DNA of 64,000 bases from Octopus sinensis (Eukaryota), in assembly GCF_006345805.1 (NCBI RefSeq), contig NC_043000.1, forward strand, positions 8,308,001 to 8,372,000. The letters are read 5' to 3'. A program made the translations under genes and the position numbers. The notes under the pieces were generated by a model, which was given only the letters and a program-made list of their open reading frames with translations, was not told the DNA's origin and searched no databases. Positions 13,313 through 25,959 of this stretch are shown one piece after another (the stretch's first letter is position 1; the number at the start of each line of letters is the position of its first letter).

Positions 13313-13940
13313 TGTAAAAAAAAATCATACAAACATGTCTATGGCTTGGATTGACTTTAAGAAGGCATATGATATGACGCCTCTTTCTTGGCTCATTGAA
13401 TGTCAGCAGATGTTTGGTGTTGCTGACAATATAGCAAATTTTCTGATGCATAGCATGAAAGAGTTGAAAACCAAACTGTATTCAAGTAATGTATTCCTTG
13501 GAGAAGTTGATATTAAAAGGGGTATTTTCCAAGGTGACTTGTTTTCTCCGTTACTTTTTGTAATTGCACTAATACCCATAACAATGACACTTGCGAAAGT
13601 TAGGATAGGTTACCAATGTGGGAAGAAAGGCCCATCATTGAACCATCTTCTGTTTATGGATGACCTGAAATTGTTTGGGAAATCTGAAAAACAGATAGAT
13701 TCCTTAATCAAAACAGTCCAGAAGTGTGGCAGGGATATCAATATGGAATTTGGGATCACCAAACACTCAGTACTTAATACGAAAAGAGGGAAGAAAGCAG
13801 CCTGCAGAGGATTGCGGTTACCATCAGGTAGGACCAAGGGTGAATCCGATGGTTGTGGGTATAGATATTTAGGGATTTTGGAGCTGGACGACATTCTACA
13901 CAGAGAAATGAAATTCAAGGTCAGCGAGGCGTATCGCTAA
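13313..13940 (+). mobile_element. Dong/R4-clade non-LTR reverse transcriptase fragment
   Basis: The 201-aa ORF has AWIDFKKAYD, RGIFQGDLFSPLLF, HLLFMDDLKL, MEFG and YRYLGI (RT domains 3-7 of R4/Dong type). It abuts (AAT)n at 13257-13313, the known Dong target repeat. Confidence 0.9.
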
Positions 13941-15019
13941 GATATAGTTTAATGATATAGAACACATGATCGCCTCCTCCAATTCCCCTCCTCTCTCAAA
14001 GGATCTTTGTCTTGAAAGCTACTTGGTGACCCCTACCAGTGCTGGTGGCACATAAAAAGCATTTGTAAAAGCTGATGAGAAATCAGTTGAGTGGTGTCTG
14101 TAGAACGTATGATATACATTCATGTTCATGTGAAAGGTTGAATGCAAAAGCATTAAGTAATGTCTATGTATCACAAGAATTAGCCATTGTATGCAAGAAA
14201 GATCTATATAGCTATGGTAGTTTGCATGTGTAATACAAATGGATAGTGGTAAATCTAGTTTGAGAAATAATTTTAGTACTAATTTTTATTAACTTGTGTT
14301 ACTGAATAAATGCTACTTTCACTGTATTTAGGAAATACTTGTCAATTTCAAAAATCATAATTGTCTTTTAAAATCTTTTGTTACCATATTTTCTGTTGAA
14401 ATACAGTGCCTTCGTTGCAGTTAATTTTGAAAATCGTGAAGAATCAAATAACTTTGTTGTTAAACTGGTGTTTGGAATGTAAATTATCGCGAAACCTTTT
14501 TTTAGGAGGCTTAAATGTTGATTACTTGAAAATGGAATCTGTATTGTGGAACCAGGGGTGGTTTGAAGTGGGTTAGTATCGAAAGAGATAATAACCTTTG
14601 TTGTTGTTAAGTACACAGACAATTGAGTCAAGACCATTCTGTGATTTTGCATGTCAGGTCGACATTTCTAAATGTGACTTTACTTTATAAAGGCATTAAA
14701 ATTTGATTATAGTGAAATTTGGTTGACTGAATAAGAGGTTCACTGTTTGGCTTGTATAATGACCTGTTTATCTTAGAGTAAATAGAACAGGTTTTGATTG
14801 GGCAGTTCAGTTATCTGAATTAAATAATCCAACTTGCAATTTGGGAAGAAGGAAAATATTCATATATTTAAATAATGTTTATTGTTTTTTCAGTTGAGAT
14901 AGTGCAGTACACTGACTTTTAGATGCAGTGTTGAGAGATTTATGACACTAACTATTCAACTCAATAATCAGCTTGGAACACTGATGAAAATGAAAGAAAA
15001 TTAACTAAAAGTATCATAG

Positions 15020-15187
15020 TGACCCCTTCAACAATAGTAACAACATAACCAAGTGTGACAGGCTCGCAAAGCAGTTTCTGATCCCTATTGACTCTAATCC
15101 ACCCAAGGCTGCCCATGGCTAAATTTAAGCTTTCTATGTTAATTTCTTTCCCAAACCTCAGCTTAATAATGACACAGTTTGCTAAAT
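15020..15187 (+). repeat. ~168 bp direct repeat, copy 1 (copy 2 at 17622-17789)
   Basis: TGACCCCTTCAACA...CTCAGCTTAATAATGACACAGTTT.CTAAAT is present twice with few substitutions. Confidence 0.9.
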
Positions 15188-15525
15188 TGGAAAAGATTGA
15201 AAAATGCTGATCTAACAAATCTCTTTTGATTTGTTTATCAGATGCTTCATAAGTAAATTTATACTTTCAGCATCTCGGCACAAAGCTTTGTGCAAACAAA
15301 ATAATGAAAATATTTCATATTTTGATAAAATTTAAATGATGGACTAAAACAGATTCTGAACCCTAATTTCAGGATGAAACATTTGTTACAAATATGCTTG
15401 TTTCAAGATTTTTTTTATATGGTTCAATCAAATAGTTCTTGATTTTCTTTTGAGAAAAGCCCCCCCCCCCGTGCTACCCCTTCAAATTTTCCCAAGAGTT
15501 TACCAGAACAACTTATTTATTTTCT

Positions 15526-15752
15526 TTAACCCTTTTACACTCAGATCATTCTGCCAAATGTAAGACTTTTTCATCCAAATTGTTTTTAATTAATCATACA
15601 TTATTTTGTTGATTCAAAATTTTGATGATGTGATTTTTGCATCTTATAACGAGATTGAAGGTCAGCCATGATAGGCTGGATCTGGATGGTTAGAATATAA
15701 AACAGATAGCATATTTGGGCTGGATATGGCCTGTTAAATGCTAAAGGGTTAA
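15526..15752 (+). mobile_element. piggyBac-type (TTAA) MITE family B
   Basis: TTAACCCTTT...AATGCTAAAGGGTTAA termini with TTAA flanks; other copies at 34037-34662, 37312-37530 and 46571-46797. Confidence 0.8.
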
Positions 15753-16265
15753 TAGTGTATACACCTTTCTGAGCTAAAGCATTTTCCACTTTTTTTCTGT
15801 TTGCTTTTTTTACCATATAATTAATCATATTTGACAGCTTAGAATTTCAGTATTGCTTTTTGTTTAATTTTGAACTGTTTATATTGTTAATATTTAACCT
15901 GAATATAATACCTTTTTACTAGTCTATAATTATGAAAGTAGGATGTCGACCTTCTTTAATTGGTTTAGTTACTCCTCTTTATTTGCTGCCATTATTACCC
16001 ATTGTACAACACTTGCTCTCTTTCTAAACAAGAAAACAAAACTTAAGTCAACAGCTAATACATGCGTTAGTTTATAATCTGCGATGTGTTCACTAGTCAT
16101 GGTTGTTGTAAAACTACAACAGAATAGACACAATGTGGTACTGGTTGTTGAGTTGTTCAACCGGGTTTGTTTCACACTATTGTTTTATCACTTACTGATT
16201 GAATTAATGATGTGTAATTGTTCTCTTTGAGTATTGTTATTAAATATAACAACAATAGGCACACA

Positions 16266-16302
<37 letters not shown>

Positions 16303-16809
16303 CCACACACATATATATTTGTATATGTGTGGAGGTTAAAAGGAATCAATTATATAATATTATATAATTTATGTTTGGTTTTCTAGTTAGGCATTTTAGG
16401 TAGGAAATGTTGAAGTGGCTGAACAATCGAAATGTTTGAATCATCAAGCTCACAGGCTGCAAATATAGATCTACTGCTTTTGCTGTGTTATGTTTCTAGA
16501 CACAACATTTTAAAATCTGCAGTGTCTCTGTTTACCTAGCAGGAAGGGATATGCATTAGATAATCTGGGAATTTTACTTGCAATATACCTGCACCTTATC
16601 CAAGGGGATGGGAAGGGTTTATCTTTCAGCTGTTTCATGACATGAAACCAGGTGTGATTGCTCTCTCTCTCTCTCTCTGGCCTTTAGGAGTGGTGTTTCT
16701 TTCTCTCCTCTGAACATTGAAAAGTAATCTTCTGACTGTTATTTCAAATGGTCTTTCCTTGTATTCTGTTATCTGATAAAAGTGAAGTGTACACACACAA
16801 ACACGTGTC

Positions 16810-16812
16810 TCC

Positions 16813-16871
<59 letters not shown>

Positions 16872-16902
16872 CATACATACATACATACATACATACATAC
16901 AT

Positions 16903-16939
<37 letters not shown>

Positions 16940-16943
16940 TACA

Positions 16944-16989
<46 letters not shown>

Positions 16990-17075
16990 CATACATACAT
17001 ACACACACATACATATATGTATATATATATATTTATGTATGTATGCATGTATCTATGTATGTATGTGTGTGTTTA
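16810..17075. repeat. Compound (CT)n(AT)n(ACAT)n(AC)n microsatellite
   Basis: Seen directly. Confidence 0.95.
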
Positions 17076-17621
17076 TTTGTATATGTTGGAGATCAGTAGG
17101 AAATTGATAGTGACAATTTCAAAGTGTATTTGATTGATTTTTTAGTAAATATATCTGACATTCCCCGAAAATCTTCTCTAAATTGTATTATCTACTGTTT
17201 TATTTATATTCTGATTCTGCCAAACAAATACAAATAATTCTTTAGAAAAGGGTAAAAATGAAGTCATGGGGAGAAGAGTATTAACTATTTTTTTTTTGAA
17301 ACAAAGTTACATTATTTATTCTGTATGACATACTATGTTTATGGTGTGATAAACTGAAAATTTTGAAGAAATGAAATTGTAATTACCTTGAAAGAAATGG
17401 CACCTTGAAGTTTAAAATGTTTGCTCAAGATGGCTTCAATATAGTGGGCAAACATAATATGAATGACAAGCTATGAAAGGATCTTGATGTAGAGGTCATG
17501 ATGACCAAATAGTGTTTCATACTTATCTCAAATGTCTGTGGCAAATCAAGCCTGTGAAAGCAAGGTTTTGTTTCTAATTTTACTCAGTTGAAAACCAAAA
17601 ATGTTTTCTGTGTAGTGCTCT

Positions 17622-17789
17622 TGACCCCTTCAACAGCAACAACAACATAACCAAGCGTGACAGGCTCACAAAACAGTTTCTGACCCCTATTGACTCTAAT
17701 CCACCCAAGACTGCCCATGGCTAAATTTAAGCTTTCTATGTTAATTTCTTTCCCAAACCTCAGCTTAATAATGACACAGTTTACTAAAT
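17622..17789 (+). repeat. ~168 bp direct repeat, copy 2
   Basis: Matches 15020-15187. Confidence 0.9.
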
Positions 17790-18805
17790 CTTTCATTAAT
17801 TTCAAAAGTAATTTAAATAAAAACAGTGTATTTCAAGAGAAGTATGACAACAAAAGGGCTAAAATTTAAAACTTTACAAGGTGTATTCAGTAAATACCAT
17901 AGACTCTGTTGAACAAGCATTCTTATAGTAGCAAATACTACATATCTGCAAGCACTATAGCTTTTTCTAAGGTCATTATTGTTGATGAAAAAAGAAAAAA
18001 AGTACATAGTAGCTACTAAAAGAAGTTCCCCCCATCTCCTCTCTCAGCCATTACTTGTGTTTGTAGCCATATTTCTTATGAAGAAAGTATGGCAACAGCA
18101 GGACAAAGAGTAGAAGAACATGTTCAAGAACAGAAAGGTTAAGTGGCAGTAAATCAACTAGAATTCAAGTCTTTTAAACATATGGTATCATATATTATTT
18201 TAGTTTTTGTGCTGTGACACCAGAACTATGTGGGAGTTGATAGTCACATGAAGTAGAGGGAAAATATTACAGGAAGGAAAGAGTTCATGTTTATAACTGA
18301 ACTGGACAGAGTGTTCAGAAATCTGGTTGAAACCATCGATGGGTGAGGGAGTGTGGTTCACAAGCCTTGGGTCCTGTTTGTTGAATTTTTGATGGCATCT
18401 AATATTCTAAGGAAGTGAAAATTACTTCTCTGCTGTGAAGGAGTGTTCTTAAAACCAAGTGTCTGAATAGGAAAAGCTAGGGATTAGCATGGAGACAAGG
18501 TTATATGATAGATGAAAGGAAGGTAGATGATTCAGTGACTATAAATAATCCACACAGGAATTAGTATTCCTTAATACTTTCACTTTATTTACAGTCTTGT
18601 GGAAAATAAATGGCAGTCTTTGGGAGATGCCTGATCAATCATGAGAATATTTTGGATTACTAGTTTATTTATTTATCTTGTATTTGAATGACAAAGGCAG
18701 TGCAGTCCATTCTGGAGTATTTTTAAAAAAGTGATTTTAATGTTTCATCTTTTTCTCATTATTTGGCACTCTTTACGTATTTATAAGATTATAAGTTTAA
18801 TCAAA

Positions 18806-19195
18806 TCTATATATATAAAGCTGAAGTTGTCTGTGTGTGGCAGGTTTGATAGCCTTCAACTCACACTATCTCCTCCGAGACCTTGCGGCGCAAGTTGACC
18901 AAAATTGAGAGTATGATAGAAGAAGGCTTGCTCTTCATTCCGTAGAAGAAAAAATTCAAATCGGACCATGTTAAGACCAAAAACTTTTTACATCAAAAAG
19001 GTGCTTTTTTTCTATGAAAATCCCTATTTTTTATGATATTTTTACTGCTGTGTCGCTATTTTTCGGTGTATTTCAACCAGAAAAATGTTCTCTTAAAGAA
19101 AATAACAAGCTAGAGAATGCAAAATTTTTACTGTTCAAAAATTCCAATTCTAAAGGGTTGAAACAAACCCGAGCAACACCGGGCGATACTGCTAG
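18806..19195 (+). mobile_element. Non-autonomous Helitron (~390 bp)
   Basis: 5' TC (A|TCTATATATATAAAG), subterminal hairpin CCCGAGCAACACCGGG, 3' CTAG|T, no TSD; near-identical copy at 32398-32788. Confidence 0.9.
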
Positions 19196-20698
19196 TATGT
19201 AATAAAATTGATACTTGCATTAGGCTAGTTTTCTTGGAAGCGCAACTGGATAAAGTATATTTGATAGCTATTTTATCAACCCTAGAGGATTATAAGGCAA
19301 TGTAGATGCAAATGAGAAAGCATGAATGTAAATATCTTAAAACATTTAGTCAAGCACTCTTTCATTTATAGTATTTTTTTAATTAAGCAATATCAATTAC
19401 TCACTTAAGCACAAAACCTGTATATTCATAAAAAGCAAAACAATAAAAAAAAACCTCAGAAATGAGACAAACATTTATACCTTCACCAGAAGAATTATTA
19501 AAGGAAGTGAATTAGTTTCAAATTGGAATCAAAACCAACTCAGAAATTCTCTTCGCTTGGTGTATTTTTTCTTTATAGCACTGGATATTGTTTTATTTTT
19601 TGTCTTTTTTCTGTGAAATCCACATTGAAAATACACATATGTATGCACACGCAAGTGTGTGTATGCACATGTGTCTATATACTAATATTCATGTTTCACA
19701 GTACGTGTGCACATTTACGAAAGTACAAACTTTTTGTGCATGGTATGCACATACATGCATGCGTCTACACATACCTGCATGTGTGTAAGTGTACTCTGTG
19801 TCTGACAGTATCTTAATCTTACATTTTGTTTTGGATAAGCTTCTCATAGTCTAGTAGTAAATTATCCCAGCTATTTTGAATATTGATAAATTTCTCTTCT
19901 AAGTCTTTTATGTACTTCAAACTATTTTAATACCACTTCGCCAACCTAGTTTCTTCATTCTTTCCACCACCTCTTCCCAGCTCATGCAATCAAGTAAATA
20001 TTCGGAACATAAAATCTTTTACAGTAAGTGGCCAAGATGCTTGACTAAGAGGAGTAATTGTAAATAAATGTGTCAGTTGCAGATACTCGGACTTAATATA
20101 TCATTTCAGATTTGAAGAATTTATATTTCTTAAAGTTATTAATATCATCTAGTTACTGGTAAGAAGTTGTAAGTCTCAAGATTAAAATGGAAAGTGAATT
20201 AAAGTAAGAGAAACTATTTGGCTACATGATGTACAAGGTACCCAGTGCCCAATATTTGTTACTACAAGTTTTAGCAGTTTCTGATTTTTAAAATTATTAT
20301 TCATATTCCTTGACAATAGCTTTGTTGGACATAGTATGTCAAAAGAATCCTTTGGGCCAATCAAATAGTTCACTGAGCCCCAGAAACATTTTAGTGTTAT
20401 TCTTCATTGTGTGAAGATGATTTACCATCATAAAAGATTCTTCTGTAAACAGAGTTCTTCTTACAAAAGCAAATGCAAATTCAAGCCTCTTGGAGAAGTT
20501 TCACTGACACAAAATATAACAGCTTGTGCTGTTTCTTGTTTTATACATATGGTAAATGTTATGCAACCAGTATTTTAATTTAAGGCTGTTTCAAGTGCAA
20601 ATATTAATTTTTGTCCTTGCCTGGTTAGCTTTTGTACAAATCAGTAGATATTTTGTTTATTGATTTCTATATCAGAACAGCTCTGAGTGTCTGGGGTA

Positions 20699-20749
20699 TT
20701 TGTCACTGAAGAGACTAAGTTGTGTTGAAACACCATGTCTGGTGACAAA
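20699..20749 (+). ncRNA. Type-I hammerhead ribozyme-like motif (PLE type)
   Basis: TTTGTCA-CTGAAGA-GAC(TAAGTTGT)GTT-GAAACA(CCA)TGTC-TGG-TGACAAA: canonical CUGANGA and GAAA cores, GUC cleavage triplet, and stem I TTTGTCA/TGACAAA with a 3-nt insert. Confidence 0.6.
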
Positions 20750-20949
20750 AGCCCTGTATTTTTAACACACAAGTTTCATTGGAAAGTTTCTCTGAAAGAA
20801 AACATTACAGCTAGTGTCATTCCATATTTCTATACTCATTATATGTTATACACACTGTTTTTTTTTAAATATGCTAATTTCCAGGCATTGATATTTAATA
20901 GTCACTTCTCTATTTTAAAACTGCTAGTCTGATGAAAGTCCTGCTACAC

Positions 20950-21151
20950 CAGGGGTTCTCAACCATTTTTTATCCATGGACTTCTGTGATTTCTATTTTA
21001 CTTGGGTGGACCCTTATAACCATTCATGTTTAAAAAAATCCCATTATATTGTGTACTGTTGAAGTATAATTAATTCATTGGAGATAAATTTTATCAACAA
21101 ACTCCTATGTGAACCCCAAAGGGTCATATGGACCCTTGTTGAGAATCACTG
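20950..21151. mobile_element. hAT-type MITE
   Basis: TIRs CAGGGGTTCTCAAC / GTTGAGAATCACTG; the flanks ctgctacac / ctgtatac resemble a decayed 8-bp TSD. Confidence 0.7.
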
Positions 21152-21524
21152 CTGTATACCCTCTTAGATTTGCGATCAAGTTTGATGGAATGTGGTTGAT
21201 GTTAATATTTAATGTAGATTGTTGCATGTTGATACTTGCAGCATTTTTATATTTTTTGTTTATTGTGTTACACTATTGTGTAATACAGTCTAGTGAGGAT
21301 GAAAGGCAAAGTTGACGTTGGTGGGTTTTGAACACAAATGATTCTTTCATATTGTCATATGGCTAGGCATTTGTAAAGGATGGAATATAGTTGATTAAAT
21401 GGTTACAACTTATTTCATCAATCCTGAAGGGATAAAAGACAAATTCAACTCCATCAAGGTTTAAATTCAGTACCTTGTAGTAAAGTGACAGGTAAAATTG
21501 CCTTCTCAAATCATACCAACTCAT

Positions 21525-21745
21525 AAGGGCTGGTTTCCTACTTTCATGGCATATATATTCCCCACTTGGATGAGACGCCAGTCTGTCACAAGATTACTCA
21601 TTTTTGTTAGCTGAGTGGACTGGAGCAACATGACATGAAGTGCTTTGCTCAAGAATACAATGCATTGCCCAGTCCAGGAATTGAAACCACAATCTTATGA
21701 TCGTAAATCCAACACCCTAACTACTGAGCACTAACCACTGAATAC
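21525..21745 (-). mobile_element. tRNA-derived SINE (family D-like)
   Basis: The minus strand gives a TAGTTAGGGTGTTGG...GTGGTTTCAATTCCTGG head and a TTCTTGAGCAAAGCACTT core like 45152 and 59115. Confidence 0.65.
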
Positions 21746-22737
21746 TTTGGTACATTTAACCCTTTTGTTACCAAGCTGTTTCTACTGAAATACATTGCAT
21801 TTTTTCCTAAGTAATTTTGAAAATAATAAAGAATTTAGTAAAATAACTTGTTACAAAACAGGTTGGAACATTTTGATGGAAGGTTTTACTTTAAATGATT
21901 TTAAGACTGGAAGTTTGCATCATAGAACCAGGTTGTCTTGAGTAGGTTGGTATCAGAAGAGTTGGTCTCATGGGCTATCTTTGTTATTTTTTTATTCCGG
22001 GTATATGGAATGCCATAAAAAACCGTTTCAGGTTGTTATTCATGTGCAGGATGTATAATGACACAAGACCTTAAGATGTGCTCTTCATCATGGTTTTTGA
22101 TTCCCTGAGAATTTTAGTTCTGAGTGAAGGAGGTTAGACTTTTCTTGAGGGTTTATTATTTACTATTTTATAAGCAACAAATTTTGTAGAAGCCCTTTCT
22201 TTATCAATTTTATTTATTAGATGTTAACCCTTGTATTGCTTATTCAAATTTCATGTGAGTTCATGGCATTTTTCTAAATGATTTTAGTAAGTTATATATA
22301 TTTAGTTATTCTTTTAGAAACTACATTTTTGATCCATTTTCCATTCTAGCATGAACTGCTATATATTTTTTGTTTAATCATTTATTTATTTTATTGCAAA
22401 AATTTTAATATTTTTAAACATGATATTAAAACAGTTATTTTTTTTCTGCCAATCTGGATTTAGTAAGGTTTGAACTCATGACTATAATCATTAATAATCC
22501 ACTAATAATTGGTGTCTCGTGAACAATTGGCAAAACTTTGTTGAACATATTGATGCTCATAAAGGTGTATTTGTATTTGTTTTACAGAACATTTTTGTTC
22601 AGATATATGGCGGTGCCCCAGCATGGCCACAGCTCGTGAGCTGAAACTAGATAAAATAAAAATAAAAAATATAACCAATATGAGATTAAATTTAGTATTT
22701 TATACTAAAATATTTATGTTTACAAAACATAAACATA

Positions 22738-23035
22738 CAGGCACAGTTGTGGCTGTGTGGTAAGAAGCTATTTTCCCAACCATGTGGTCTTGGGTTCAGT
22801 CTCACTGTACTGCATGTTGGGCAAGTGCCTTCTACTATTGCTCCAGGCAATAGTATTGCAACTGGTATTAGTTTGTTTATGTCCCTGTAACTTAGCAGTT
22901 TGGCTTAAGAGACCAATAGAATAATTTCCAGGCTTTAAAAAAATAAGTATTGGGGTTGACTAGTTCAACTAAAACCCTTCAATGCAGTGTCAAGTGGAGA
23001 TGGGGGACAAACACAAGCAAAGGCACTCATTTATA

Positions 23036-23066
<31 letters not shown>

Positions 23067-23262
23067 CCCTCTCTCTCCCTTCTCCTCTCCCTCCCCTATC
23101 TTCCCCTCTCTCCCCTCCCCCCCTCTATATAATTGACGAGCTTCTTTCAGGTTTTGTCTACCAAATCCACTCACAGGGCTTTAGTTGGCTAGGGTTCTAT
23201 GCAGTAAGACTGAACTCAAGATCATGTGGTTCAAAAGCTAGCTTCTCAACCACACAGCCACG
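22738..23262. mobile_element. Two family A SINE fragments in opposite orientation around a (TA)/(CT) tract
   Basis: A + copy at 22738-22985 (internally deleted) and a - head at 23137-23262. Confidence 0.7.
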
Positions 23263-24676
23263 TTGCCATGCTTCCACTTATGTTGATAATTCTGTAACAA
23301 CCATAAGATATAATAACTGTTTGCATACAATAACTTTGTTCAAATGCATGGAATCCTTTGTGCTTAGCCAAACTTTCAGTTTTGTTCTTCCCTTCCCACA
23401 AGAACATAGTTTTTAAAGCATCAAGAATTATCAACAGTAGGCATGATAGGGTTAAAAATAATCTGAACGGATTAGTCAAAGGTCATGGCTATCAGCGTCA
23501 GAATATAAACAAGGAAAAGATTTTGTACTCAAATCTGCCATAACATCAAAAGCAGAATCAAAATAAACAAATGCTTCTTCTATGAATTCTGTATTATTTT
23601 GCTTCTGTTGTCAGCTGTCAAGACATTAATACAAAATAATTACTTTCAGGAGGTGAATTCATTTCTGATTCAATTTCTATTGAAGTCCTAGCAAAGACTA
23701 AAACAGAATATAATGTGAAATTATAACTAGGATACTATTTATTGTCTACTAAATATACATCATCATATGTTTTTATATCTTGTTGTTCAGTTGGTAATAA
23801 CTATGGCAAAGTTCCAGGTTTAACTTATAAAAAAATATAGGTGTTAAATAGAGGTGTTTTCTTGTATGTTTTCCAATTAGCTGTTTCTCGTGTGAAAAAA
23901 GCCAAGTATCACCCTATGAATATCTATGACAATGCCGGCATTCTTAAGTTATATTTAACCTAGTCAAACATGCAATAACATTGAAAAGTTTATTATAGTC
24001 AACTTGACCTCTTTGGACAACTTAAATATTGTTCTACAGGTGGAAACATGATAGGCTTTCAATGACTGATTGCTGATGGTAGAACTAGGTCAAGAAAAAC
24101 CTGCAATGAAAGCTGTTGCAAAATGAATCACCTGTCTAATGTGCTAAGTTAAGCAATGCCTTGCTGTTTGAAGGAGAGGGAATGACAAAGAAGAAGAAGA
24201 AAGAGCAGGATAAAAGAGACTAAGAACATTTTAAGTTGCTGCAGCTTTGGCTACAACAGAATAAACTTGACTGTGTTTATTAAATACATGAATGTTTGAG
24301 ATGAGTTATTGTTAATGCAATTATGATATTTCGGACTTTTAACTTCAATTTTAGAGTTGAGATATCATCATTATCACCATCATCATCATCATCATCATGT
24401 TGGACTGCAAACAAATGGCATTGTCAAGAAGCCAGTGTTTACAAACCAGCAAAGATAAAGGAAATTTGAACTCACACAAACACACAGATGTGCATACACA
24501 CAGACACACACACACACACATGACACATATGGTATGTTACTTTCAGTTTCTGTATAATATATTCACTCACGAAGCTTTAGTTGGCCTAAGGCTATAGCAG
24601 AAGACTCTTGCTCAAAGTACCATGCAGTAGAACTGAACCTGAAACAACATAAGTTGAGAAACGATCTACAATACAT

Positions 24677-24720
24677 TCACTACACCTTCATAATGTTGGC
24701 CACTGATCATCATCAGGTGA
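24677..24720 (-). ncRNA. Degenerate hammerhead-like motif
   Basis: Minus strand TCAC-CTGATGA-TGAT...ATTA-TGAAGGTGTA-GTGA: stem I and the 5' core are intact; GAAA and stem III are decayed. Confidence 0.3.
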
Positions 24721-25147
24721 CTTGTATGAGTTTATAATAACAGACTGGATTCAAACTAAGAGCCTTGTTTTCTAAACTAATGAAGATAACACAGGCTTCT
24801 TTTAGTTTCTGTCAATCAAATCTGCTCATAAGGCTTTAATTGGACTGGAGTTATGGTTGATGACAACTGTGTAAGGTGTCATCTTATACAGGGACTTAAC
24901 CCTTTCTCAACTACACAGCTATACATGTACCTCCATTCAACAATATGGCTGCTGGAAAATACTTTAGGACTGTATTACTTACTAAGAACAAATATGGTTT
25001 GGTCTTTGCAAATTTAATACAGTGATCTGAAAAGCTTTAAAAGCTTCAAAAGCAATTGCCAAGGGAGACAACTCCACTAAAAGTAAATCCGAATTTTTAA
25101 TAATATAGAAAATGAATCAGATCTGGTCATTATACAAACTGCTGAAA

Positions 25148-25194
25148 AATATGAGCATGTGTTTCAGTCTTGTTAGACTTCAACAGAGCATATT
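25148..25194 (-). ncRNA. Degenerate hammerhead-like motif (PLE remnant)
   Basis: Minus strand AATATGCT-CTGTTGA-AGTCT(AACA)AGACT-GAAACACATGCT-CATATT: perfect stem II and GAAAC, with core A6>U. Confidence 0.5.
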
Positions 25195-25430
25195 CCACTC
25201 AAATGGTTAAACTAAAAGAAATCAATATAAATAGAAGAAAGTTAGTGTTGCTGATTAGGGATATGAACTGTATTGCTGCGGGAAAAATACATCAGGAAAG
25301 GGTAGTCTTTTGTACACTGAATACCATTATTAGGATTTCACTTGTTTAATATAATGAACTGAAAACCTTCAATTAACTGAGATTTATCAGTTAATTAAAC
25401 AAAAATTTCTTCTAGGAGTGTGTCTAAAAC

Positions 25431-25481
<51 letters not shown>

Positions 25482-25679
25482 GATGTCAGTAAAATCAATT
25501 GAACTTTTTGGGAAATAGAGAAAATGCTGTGTAGGAGTGGATTTGGTTGTTATGCTAACTAATAAAAATAATGGCTGTATTTTGGTCTTATTAAATCTCT
25601 TCACTGAAGCATGTTCTAAGACTAAAACTAATATTAAGAGTGATCTGTAGAAACAGAGAATACAGTGATTTTGATTAAA

Positions 25680-25900
25680 GGTGCAGGTATGTTATTGTGG
25701 TTAAGAAGCTTACTTCTGGCTATGTAGTTTCAGGTTCAGTTCTGTTGCGAGGTACTTTGGAGAAATGTTTTCTACTATTGCTCACGACCGAAGAAGCCCT
25801 TGTGAATAGATTTTGTAGATGGGAACTGAAAGAAGCCCATCGTGTGCGTACCTGTGTGTGTGTCATGTGCCTGTGTGAGTATGCGTGTGTGTGTATGTAT
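25680..25900 (+). mobile_element. Family A SINE 5' half (3' end resumes at about 26728-26775)
   Basis: Head GGTGCAGG...GGTTCAGTTC. Its internal microsatellite hosts a PLE palindrome and a family B SINE. Confidence 0.7.
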
Positions 25901-25901
25901 A

Positions 25902-25955
<54 letters not shown>

Positions 25956-25959
<4 letters not shown>

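Noticed and set aside
20110-20158. ag...gtaag-bounded candidate exons (also 40455-40474)
   Set aside because: Lengths are not multiples of three, the composition is AT-rich or uninformative, and no recognisable peptide results; expected by chance.
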